Below, piece by piece: positions 1-7,639 of a stretch of 64,000 nt of DNA. The notes under the pieces were generated by a model. It saw nothing but the letters and a program-made list of their open reading frames with translations, was not told where the DNA came from and ran no database searches. Each line of letters begins with the position of its first letter. Positions within the stretch are counted from its first letter, which is position 1. Source of the stretch: a virus. Position numbers and translations under genes: made by a program. The DNA lies in the IMG/VR virus record IMGVR_UViG_3300048907_000336; one strand, 5' to 3'.

Positions 1-18
1 AACGAAAGGAATAGGCAA

Positions 19-693
19 ATGGAAATCACTACCTTAAAACAGGCACGAGCAAATGCATGGACTATCGGCAAAGCCAGCAAAATGCCGGGAACAACTTACG
101 GAATTCCCGCGCAAGCTTGCAAGACGGGAAGCAAGCTCCACAAAGTTAAAGGCAGCATTTGCAACAAATGCTACGCTTTGAACGGTAATTATCAGTACCC
201 TAGCGTTAAAACCGCGCAAGAAAGGCGGTTAGCCTCCTTGGATTCGCCGCACTGGATTCCGGCCATGGTTATGATGATTAACCACGCTCAAACCACGGGC
301 AAGGTACGGGGCGAGCCTATCGTCAAAGGCTATCATCGATGGCACGATAGCGGGGATGTTCAAAGCGTAGAGCATCTCGGCATGATTTGTGAAGTGGCGC
401 GCCGCACGCCCAAGGTTAAGCATTGGCTTCCTCTGCGTGAGCTTAAAATGCTTTTGGATTACATCACGCAAGGCGGAACTATCCCGCCCAATCTAATCCC
501 GCGCGTTAGTGCGACCATGATTGATGGTCGCGCGACTACGAAATGGAAATGGGCTAGCGAAGTCCATTCCGGCGATACGGTGCGGGACGGTGTCCATGAT
601 TGTCCCGCTCGGTTCCAGGACAATTCATGCGGCGATTGCCGTGCATGTTGGAACCCGGAAGTTGAAACGGTGTCATACCATGAACATGGTTAA
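19..693 (+). CDS. GP88-like phage protein
   Basis: SKMPG, CxxCYA, RWHDSGD and C-terminal CPA..C..CRACW motifs typical of the phage GP88-like family; AAGGA RBS upstream. Confidence 0.7.
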   Translation: MEITTLKQARANAWTIGKASKMPGTTYGIPAQACKTGSKLHKVKGSICNKCYALNGNYQYPSVKTAQERRLASLDSPHWIPAMVMMINHAQTTGKVRGEPIVKGYHRWHDSGDVQSVEHLGMICEVARRTPKVKHWLPLRELKMLLDYITQGGTIPPNLIPRVSATMIDGRATTKWKWASEVHSGDTVRDGVHDCPARFQDNSCGDCRACWNPEVETVSYHEHG

Positions 694-859
694 CATTAGC
701 TATCGCAAGGTAGGAGGAATCCATTTCTTGCGCATTGGAGTCTTCACACTAACGCTTTGTCGGTCGATAGCCTATCGGCCGATTAAAGGCACCGTCCAAA
801 ATATTTGTAAAAACAATCAGCCTAGCCTATTGCATTGGATTAGACACTATGTCATATAA
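686..859 (+). CDS. hypothetical phage protein
   Basis: MVNISYRKVGGIHFL...; overlaps the upstream stop; start chosen inside track ORF 521..859. Confidence 0.45.
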   Translation: MVNISYRKVGGIHFLRIGVFTLTLCRSIAYRPIKGTVQNICKNNQPSLLHWIRHYVI

Positions 860-896
860 GCATTGTTGGAACGCAGATAGCAAAGGAACTAAACAA

Positions 897-1118
897 ATGT
901 ACGGATATGACGCAGCCCGTGAGGAACTTGAAATTGAGTGGAATTCACGATATGACGCAATCCATGAAATGTATCACGATTTAGGTGACAGCGTCGAAAC
1001 CCTGCGTTACGAATCACAGTGTCAATTTGAGGACGATTGCATTCAAGCGCAAGATGACATGGAGGCACGGGGCGGTCCACCCGCCCCGCTTTATTCCCGG
1101 GATGACATTCTGTTTTAG
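897..1118 (+). CDS. small acidic protein ending DDILF
   Basis: AAGGA RBS about 9 nt before ATG 897; 19 D/E, 5 R and no K in 73 aa. Confidence 0.55.
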   Translation: MYGYDAAREELEIEWNSRYDAIHEMYHDLGDSVETLRYESQCQFEDDCIQAQDDMEARGGPPAPLYSRDDILF

Positions 1119-1190
1119 TGTGGCACACGGTGACCAAGGCCTAGGCCTTGGTCACCTAAGTTGAAAGCCTAGGCCGGAAGCTTAGGCTTT
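1118..1190. repeat. cluster of palindromes/inverted repeats
   Basis: GTGTG-G-CACAC (1118-1128); perfect 28 bp palindrome GGTGACCAAGGCCTAGGCCTTGGTCACC (1129-1156); AAAGCCTA...TAGGCTTT (1164-1190). Confidence 0.9.
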
Positions 1191-1313
1191 AGCTATGATC
1201 GGGGAATAGGCATAGGAAGGCGAAGCTTTCCCCCTCACAACTCACTCCCTCACCTCCACTTCCCGGGCGGCCCCCTCATCCCACCCGGGACTCAATTCTG
1301 ATTGTCAACATTT

Positions 1314-1367
1314 TCAGTACCAACATCCTCAGTACCAACATCCTCAGTACCAACATCCTCAGTACCA
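1314..1367 (+). repeat. 15 bp tandem repeat, about 3.6 copies
   Basis: TCAGTACCAACATCC x3 plus TCAGTACCA, no spacers. Confidence 0.95.
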
Positions 1368-1458
1368 CCAGGACAAAAGGCTCGCACAACGCCTCGACGC
1401 CGCCACTAATTTAAGCGACAACTAGCCCCTTCCACAACATTATCCAGGGGTTGGTACT

Positions 1459-1953
1459 ATGGCGCGCAACGATTGGGTCGCGCTCGTCACCGAGGCGAGC
1501 CGCGAGTACACTGCTTACAACGAACTGATTCGTTTCGAGAAGCACCCATACCTGCCTCAGGTGCTGCGTATGCAGGTCGTCGAGGGGACGGCGCAGTGGC
1601 GAAAGTACCCGTTGTTCTCGCGTTACCTGCTGCTGCCGTTCTCGGAACTCGACAAGACCATCCTCAGGGCATGCCAAGGGTTCATCAGGAGCGACCGTGT
1701 CGTGCTGGGCGGCGAGAACGGCAATCTGTGGCGGGCTCCCAATCGGGTCATCCAGGCGCTGATGGACGCGGAAAAGAGTGGAATTCTCAACGAAAACTAC
1801 AAAATCGGCGAAAAAGTCAGGATCAACGACAAGATTCTCAGCAATATCGAGGCTTTTGTGACCCAATCGTCGGACAAAAGCCTCACCCTGCTAATGCCAT
1901 TGTTGGGTGGAGCGCGCATTCGCACCACCATTGCCAAGGTTGTACGGGCGTGA
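1459..1953 (+). CDS. NusG/RfaH-like transcription antitermination factor
   Basis: NGN-like N-terminus (WVALVT...YLPQ...YPLFSRYLL) and C-terminal KOW (YKIGEKVRIND...LTLLMPLLGG); first gene of the late operon. Confidence 0.75.
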   Translation: MARNDWVALVTEASREYTAYNELIRFEKHPYLPQVLRMQVVEGTAQWRKYPLFSRYLLLPFSELDKTILRACQGFIRSDRVVLGGENGNLWRAPNRVIQALMDAEKSGILNENYKIGEKVRINDKILSNIEAFVTQSSDKSLTLLMPLLGGARIRTTIAKVVRA

Positions 1954-2065
1954 TACTGCGATTCGTCAATCGGTTACGGCATCGCGTTTCGGGTTGACCG
2001 TGCTGTCCCCGAAGATGCTGTCCCTGGGGCACGACCGGCTGTTCAGGCCGGAGTGCATCGCACGC

Positions 2066-2575
2066 ATGAGCACCCATCCCAGAAGTAAAAGCAACAGCAC
2101 CAGGGCTCGTCGCAAACGTGCGCTTAAGGCGCACCGCGACAGCGTTCTCTATGAGGAGAACGTCGTCAACGCGCTGATCGAAAATCGCGGTCTCTTAAAC
2201 CCGGCGGCGCTTGCGCTCGGGGTGACGCGCGAGCAGTTGCGCAACTACGTCGCCAAGAATGCCCTGGTGGCGGCAGCGCATGCCGAAGCGCGCGAGGCCA
2301 TGGGCGATCTCGCCGAAGGACGGCTGTTCGACCTGATCGACAGCGGCGACGTGCGCTGCATCATGTACTACCTGACCACGGTGCACCGTAAGCGCGGCTA
2401 TGGCCGCGAGGTGCCGGAGACCGCCGAGCACCGGCATACCCACGTTCACACCATCAACGTCGTCGGCATTCCCAATGGGACGTACATCGACGACCCCGAC
2501 GCGCCGCCGGTGATCGACGTTACCAACGAGGTGCTCACGCCCGAAGAGGCCGAGCACGTCGATCTGTTCTCCTGA
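2066..2575 (+). CDS. putative terminase small subunit / HTH protein
   Basis: HTH-like NPAALALGVTREQL and CIMYYLTTVHRKRGYG motif; two genes before terL; internal ATG of track ORF 1907..2575. Confidence 0.55.
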   Translation: MSTHPRSKSNSTRARRKRALKAHRDSVLYEENVVNALIENRGLLNPAALALGVTREQLRNYVAKNALVAAAHAEAREAMGDLAEGRLFDLIDSGDVRCIMYYLTTVHRKRGYGREVPETAEHRHTHVHTINVVGIPNGTYIDDPDAPPVIDVTNEVLTPEEAEHVDLFS

Positions 2576-2577
2576 TT

Positions 2578-2832
2578 ATGGAATTTAGCGACGACCCGCA
2601 TCCCAATTCGCCGGTCGAATGGGCGGACAACCGTGTTTCGAACTTCCTGGCCTGGGCGTCCAAGCATGTCACTCCGCTCTGGTGCCAGAGTGAAGAACAT
2701 TGGACCGCTAAACTAACCCAATATCTGTTCACCGACTGCCCGTGCTGCCTGCTGTTTCGCGGCATCATTCTGGGCACACTCGTTACGGGTATCCCACTCA
2801 TCGCATGCCTCGTCGTACTAATGTTGCGGTAG
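2578..2832 (+). CDS. small Cys-containing membrane protein
   Basis: DCPCC followed by a hydrophobic C-terminal helix; tightly packed between neighbours. Confidence 0.5.
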   Translation: MEFSDDPHPNSPVEWADNRVSNFLAWASKHVTPLWCQSEEHWTAKLTQYLFTDCPCCLLFRGIILGTLVTGIPLIACLVVLMLR

Positions 2833-2834
2833 AG

Positions 2835-4079
2835 ATGCCGCCGGAAGCGCCGTCGCGCGGTGTGATCGAGGCCAATATGGGCGTGCGTTTACGCGATACG
2901 CTGTTCGCCAGAGCCCGCCACAAGGCGCTGTACGGTGGGCGCGGCAGCGGCAAGAGCTGGGCGGTGGCAACTTATTTGGCGACGGTCGCCAGTCAGAGCC
3001 GTAAGCGCGTGGTCTGTGCCCGCCAGTATCAGAACTCGATACGCGATAGCTCCAAAGAGCTGATCGAGAAGCGCATCAACGACATGTCGCTCAACGATCA
3101 ATTTTCGGTCACCGACCGATACATTTTTCACAACACCAACAAAAGCCAGTTCCTGTTCATGGGCTTGGAGCGCAATGTCGAAAGCATTCGCTCGCTCGAA
3201 GGCGCAGACATCGTCTGGATCGAGGAAGCGCGAACCATCAGCGCCAAGTCGATGGAAGTGCTGCTGCCCACCATTCGCCAAGCCGGGTCGCAACTGATCT
3301 GGACCTGGAACCCGGTGGACCCGGAAGACCCGGTTGATGCTTATTTTCGCAACGGCGCGCCGCCGCCTAACAGCATCGTCACCAAAGTCGATTACACCGA
3401 CAACCCGTATTTTTTGAAGACTGAAATGCCGAACGAGATGCAGTTGCTCAAGAAGGGCAACCCGGCGCGGTATCGGCACGTCTGGCTGGGCGAGTACGAC
3501 CTCCGGCACGAGAGCAAGGTTTTTCCCAACACCAAGATTGGCCGCCTGGACGTGCCGAAGAACTGCGCGCCGCTCTATGGCATGGACTTCGGCTTCGCCA
3601 AAGATCCCAGTGCTGTGGTCAAGCTCTACGTGATCGAGGCCACCCGGCAGATTTACATCTGCGGCGAGGCTGTCGGCGCGGTCTCGCTGGAGCGGCTTCC
3701 CAGTTTGGTGCGCAGCGTTATTCACTCCGACGACAATCTGGTGCGCTGCGACAGCTCGCGGCCGGAGGCGATTGAGATGCTGCAGGGGCGCGGCATCAAT
3801 GCGCAGAAGGCGCGCAAAGGGCCGGGCTCGCTCAAGAGCGGGATCTTGTTCCTGCAGGGCTACGACATCTGGATCGACCCGGCCTGCGAGCACATGCGCG
3901 AAGAGGCGCGGCTGTATTCGTGGATGACCGACCGGCTCAGCGGCAAGATCCTGAACACGCCGGTCGATGCCAACAATCACTTATGGGACGCGGTGCGTTA
4001 CGCCGTCGAAGACAACGTCACGCAGCCGTCGGCCGACGACGACATCGGTTCTGGGGTGCTGAAACTCAAACTGTGGTGA
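2835..4079 (+). CDS. terL: terminase large subunit (PBSX-like)
   Basis: Walker A YGGRGSGKS, CARQYQNSIRDS, Walker B WIEEA, nuclease GMDFG and NHLWDAVRYA. Confidence 0.95.
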   Translation: MPPEAPSRGVIEANMGVRLRDTLFARARHKALYGGRGSGKSWAVATYLATVASQSRKRVVCARQYQNSIRDSSKELIEKRINDMSLNDQFSVTDRYIFHNTNKSQFLFMGLERNVESIRSLEGADIVWIEEARTISAKSMEVLLPTIRQAGSQLIWTWNPVDPEDPVDAYFRNGAPPPNSIVTKVDYTDNPYFLKTEMPNEMQLLKKGNPARYRHVWLGEYDLRHESKVFPNTKIGRLDVPKNCAPLYGMDFGFAKDPSAVVKLYVIEATRQIYICGEAVGAVSLERLPSLVRSVIHSDDNLVRCDSSRPEAIEMLQGRGINAQKARKGPGSLKSGILFLQGYDIWIDPACEHMREEARLYSWMTDRLSGKILNTPVDANNHLWDAVRYAVEDNVTQPSADDDIGSGVLKLKLW

Positions 4080-4082
4080 CGC

Positions 4083-4241
4083 TCAGCGCTGCTGATCGAG
4101 CGCCTGCTTGGCTTCCTCAACGAGTTGCTGAATTCGCTGAGGATTGTCTTTGGCCTGGGCAATCTGGTCGAGCTTGCTGCGAAGCTGCTGGTTGGACTGC
4201 TGCTGGTTGGACTGCTGTTGATTGGGCTGGGGGTTGTTCAT
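4083..4241 (-). CDS. 52 aa Gln-rich protein, antisense to the late operon
   Basis: AGGAG RBS about 9 nt upstream of ATG; NQQQS repeats. Confidence 0.5.
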   Translation of the reverse strand: MNNPQPNQQQSNQQQSNQQLRSKLDQIAQAKDNPQRIQQLVEEAKQALDQQR

Positions 4242-4306
4242 CGTCGTGTTCTCCTGTTCGAACACAAACAACTCGGTGATGGAACAAAACGTTCCCGGAG
4301 GTTCTC

Positions 4307-4507
4307 ATGGCCAAACTCAGCTCGCGCCGCCGCAAGTCGTTGCCGAAATCGTCGTTCGCGATGCCGGGCAAGCGCAAATATCCCATTCACGACCGTAAAC
4401 ACGCGGCCAACGCGCTGTCGCGCGCGGCCAACAAGTCACCGGCGGTCAGGGCCAAGGTCAAGGCGGCGGTGTGCCGGAGATATCCGTCGATGCCTTCCTG
4501 CCGCTGA
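4307..4507 (+). CDS. small basic head-module protein
   Basis: GGAGG RBS; AKL..R..LP.S.FA.PG.R.YPI.D..HA.NAL.R pattern seen in small phage head-associated proteins. Confidence 0.6.
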   Translation: MAKLSSRRRKSLPKSSFAMPGKRKYPIHDRKHAANALSRAANKSPAVRAKVKAAVCRRYPSMPSCR

Positions 4508-5111
4508 TCTGTGTCGTCAACGCCGCTTCAGGCGTCCAACCACGCAAATAGCGGCTGTGTGCAGTTTTAAACGAGACAATGTTGAAGTGATCGACCCAAT
4601 CGCCAAATGCTTTGGTTTTTCCGGCTATCGTTACACGCAAGGTGGTTCGCCGGTTACGTTGTTGCTGTTTCCGCGTAGACCACCGGCAATTGCTTGGAAA
4701 ATAACCCTTGGCGTTGTCGATGCGATCCAGTGTCAAGCCGGGCGGGCACTTGCCCATGTCCGCCAGAAAATTGGTAAAACCATTTGGGCCAAGCCAGTGT
4801 CGGCAAATGCGAATTCCACGTTTACCGTAGTTAGAAAACGCTGTGTCGCGAGGGTTCGAGCAGCGAGCTTTCATATCTTTCCACGATGCGTATTCACGCA
4901 TACCACTGCCGCCGTGAGTTCTCCCGAAGTTGTTCCCCACGTTTCGTTCTTCGCGATAGCACCCACAGGAAACGGTGGTGCCGTAGCGCAGGGCATCGCT
5001 CCTGACCGTAGTCGTTCGACCGCAGTCGCAACGACAACGCCAATGTCCAGATGCGTAGCTCAAGGCTGTTAAACGGCCAAAACGCTGACCTGTGATATCG
5101 ATACGGTGCAT
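4458..5111 (-). CDS. free-standing HNH-type homing endonuclease
   Basis: GQRFGRLTAL..WRCRCDCG, RCSNP..YGKRGI, LTLDRIDNAKGYFPSNCRW. Confidence 0.9.
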   Translation of the reverse strand: MHRIDITGQRFGRLTALSYASGHWRCRCDCGRTTTVRSDALRYGTTVSCGCYREERNVGNNFGRTHGGSGMREYASWKDMKARCSNPRDTAFSNYGKRGIRICRHWLGPNGFTNFLADMGKCPPGLTLDRIDNAKGYFPSNCRWSTRKQQQRNRRTTLRVTIAGKTKAFGDWVDHFNIVSFKTAHSRYLRGWTPEAALTTQISGRKASTDISGTPPP

Positions 5112-5164
5112 AGTCGTTTATCACACACCGTTTCCATCGTGTAAATAAGGATTAGGAGCAAATA

Positions 5165-5368
5165 ATGGCGTGTGGTGGATGCGGCGGCCGTTCGTTTAGC
5201 TCGACCGGGGTTGGAACGCGGCGTCCGTCGCCGTCGGTGCAATTCGTGCAGCAGCAGCGCGCCAATGTGCGGCCGCCCAGCCCAATGCGTGCGCCGGAGC
5301 AAGCCCCGGCGCACGTCGTGCAGTCACAAACACTGAAGCTTCGTCAAAATGTGCGCCGGTCTGTTTAG
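5165..5368 (+). CDS. small protein with N-terminal CGGC
   Basis: AGGAG RBS; MACGGCGG start; precedes the portal gene. Confidence 0.5.
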   Translation: MACGGCGGRSFSSTGVGTRRPSPSVQFVQQQRANVRPPSPMRAPEQAPAHVVQSQTLKLRQNVRRSV

Positions 5369-5413
5369 CCCACGCTCGTCAGGGGCCGGGGGGCTGGGGG
5401 GCATCTTTCAAGC

Positions 5414-6817
5414 ATGAACCTGCAGCAGACCGTGCGCGACTGGATAATCAAACGGCGGCCAGATCGTTCCGTCAAGGACGAGCCGCTGAGCCCGATCTAT
5501 CACATCTCGGGCTATCCCGTTCGCTTCCTGTCGCACGCCGCCATTGCCACGGCCGACATTTCGCAGCGAACCAACCCGCAGCTTTACCGCGTCACCAATT
5601 TTGTTGCGTCGGCGGTGCAGTCGGTGCCGTGGTATTGCGAGCCCGACCCCGATGTCGTCGCCAACGAGCGCGCCGGGGCGACGGTCTGCAAGAACATTAA
5701 CAGCCTTCTGTGTTCGCCAAATGACACCTTCACCGCGCATTCGCTGCGGTACTGGATCGCGCTCAATTTAATGCTGTATGCCCGCGCCCACTTCAAGGTC
5801 GGCGTCGGCTCCGGCGGCCAGCCCAATGGGATCTACCCGCTGGCGGCGCAGTATACCAAGGGGATATTGAACAACCGTGGAACGGTCGATGCCTATGAAT
5901 ACGGTGAAGGTGCAAACAAATCCACTCTGCCGACAAGGCGCAATGCATCTAAGCTCCAGGCTTATGCTGCTGAAATTTCTTTCCCAACCCTTACCGGCCT
6001 CGTCGAATACAATAAAGCACCGGCTGCTATCGAGTGCATCGCGATTCCATTGGCCATCATCCAGGCCTTGATGCAGCGGGCGCTCGACACCGCCAATGGC
6101 CATCCCAATGTCCGCTATGTGATCGCGTCGGAGAAGACCATCACCAAGGCGCAACGCGATGCGCTGACCGAGTATCTGCAGGACAGTGGACCGGCCGAGG
6201 AGAACAGCGGCAACATCCTGTTTCTCTACAACACCGACATTAAGGTCCACACCCTCGACAACGATCTCTCCGACATCCACACCAAGCTCCCGCTTGATGA
6301 CATGACCCGCCAAGTAGCGGGAGTGTTCGGGGTACCTATCGCGCTGCTCGGTCTAGGGTCTGCCGACGCTGCGAAGTACGCGAACAACTACCAAGAGTCC
6401 CGCCTCGCGTTCTGGCAGGACACAGTCATGCCGTCGTACTTGGCTCCCATCAGCGCCGGTATGACTGCCGCCATCTGCCCGCCCGGCTGTCATATCTGTT
6501 TCGACTACGACGCCATCCCGGCGATGTGGACGGGACGGGCCAAGCTCGGCGAAAGCCTCTCCTTGGTGACGTTTCTCACCACCAACGAGAAGCGCGACAT
6601 CCTGGGCTTCCCGCCCGACGACAGCTTGCCCAAGCTGATCGCCGGTGCGCGCTCGTCGGTGACGCCGATGGCCCCGGCTCCCGACGGCACCGACACCACC
6701 AAGCCATCGGCGGAAGAAGTTGGGGCAACCCCGGGCGACAAGGTCGAGCCCGGCGGCGAAGCCATGCCGATGCAGCAGCAGATCCCGCCCAACGTCGTTC
6801 AGTTTCACGCTTCTTAG
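5414..6817 (+). CDS. portal protein (HK97-like)
   Basis: Position terL-portal-protease; QVAGVFGVPIALLG, NYQESRLAFWQDTVMP, LTTNEKRDILGFPP. Confidence 0.88.
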   Translation: MNLQQTVRDWIIKRRPDRSVKDEPLSPIYHISGYPVRFLSHAAIATADISQRTNPQLYRVTNFVASAVQSVPWYCEPDPDVVANERAGATVCKNINSLLCSPNDTFTAHSLRYWIALNLMLYARAHFKVGVGSGGQPNGIYPLAAQYTKGILNNRGTVDAYEYGEGANKSTLPTRRNASKLQAYAAEISFPTLTGLVEYNKAPAAIECIAIPLAIIQALMQRALDTANGHPNVRYVIASEKTITKAQRDALTEYLQDSGPAEENSGNILFLYNTDIKVHTLDNDLSDIHTKLPLDDMTRQVAGVFGVPIALLGLGSADAAKYANNYQESRLAFWQDTVMPSYLAPISAGMTAAICPPGCHICFDYDAIPAMWTGRAKLGESLSLVTFLTTNEKRDILGFPPDDSLPKLIAGARSSVTPMAPAPDGTDTTKPSAEEVGATPGDKVEPGGEAMPMQQQIPPNVVQFHAS

Positions 6818-6828
6818 GAGATACGCGC

Positions 6829-7623
6829 ATGGCCGTTTACAAAGCTGGCCAGTTGATCACCGCGACACCGGCCGATTGCGGCATCGAGACCAAGGAGATC
6901 AACGCCGGTGCCGAGGCGACAGCCATCACCACGTTGCCCGACGGCTACATCTCCGGCACCGCGTCGGCTCCGTCGGTCGATACCATGGGCCACAAGGTGC
7001 TGCCCGGGGCGTTCGACGAGGCGATCAGGACCAAAGGGTTCTACGGGCCGAACGGCATCCGGCTGCTGGCGCACCACAAATGGGCGGACATCGTCGGCGT
7101 CATCAAGGAGATGAAGACCGTCAACAGCAAGCTGCGCTTGAGCGGGCAGCTCAACAAAACACCGGTTGCGCAGAATCTCTACGAGATCATCAAAGACACC
7201 GGCGGCATGTCGTTCTCGGTCGGTTTCCGGCTGCAGGATTTCAAGTTTGCCGAGGACGAAGTCACCAAGCAGGACATCCTCGTCGTCGAGAAAGGCGATC
7301 TGATGGAAGTGTCGATTGTGACCTTCCCGGCGCATCTCGACGCCACCATGGACTTTTACAAAACCCAGGAAGAGTTTTTGGATTCGGTGAAGACTGCCGC
7401 CGAGTTCGAGAAGTGGCTGGTCGCCAAGGGCGTGGTGCCCGGCCGCAACAAGGCGCACGAACTCTTTGAGTTGATGCGCAACTCGCCCGAATTGTTCCCG
7501 CATGCCCTTGCTGGCAGGCGCGAACCTCCGACCGCTCGTCCCATGCTGGGCGCGCAATTCCTCAAAGCTGCCAGCGATCAGGTCATGAAGGCCAGAGCCG
7601 TGTTTGGCAGCGCCCCCCAGTAA
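6829..7623 (+). CDS. prohead protease (HK97 family)
   Basis: GYISGTAS..DTMGHKVLPGAF, LLAHH, SFSVGF, LMEVSIVTFPA; AGGAG RBS. Confidence 0.9.
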   Translation: MAVYKAGQLITATPADCGIETKEINAGAEATAITTLPDGYISGTASAPSVDTMGHKVLPGAFDEAIRTKGFYGPNGIRLLAHHKWADIVGVIKEMKTVNSKLRLSGQLNKTPVAQNLYEIIKDTGGMSFSVGFRLQDFKFAEDEVTKQDILVVEKGDLMEVSIVTFPAHLDATMDFYKTQEEFLDSVKTAAEFEKWLVAKGVVPGRNKAHELFELMRNSPELFPHALAGRREPPTARPMLGAQFLKAASDQVMKARAVFGSAPQ

Positions 7624-7639
7624 AAGGGAATCTGCAATC

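Noticed and set aside
1314-1367. CRISPR mini-array
   Set aside because: The repeats are contiguous 15-mers with no spacers.
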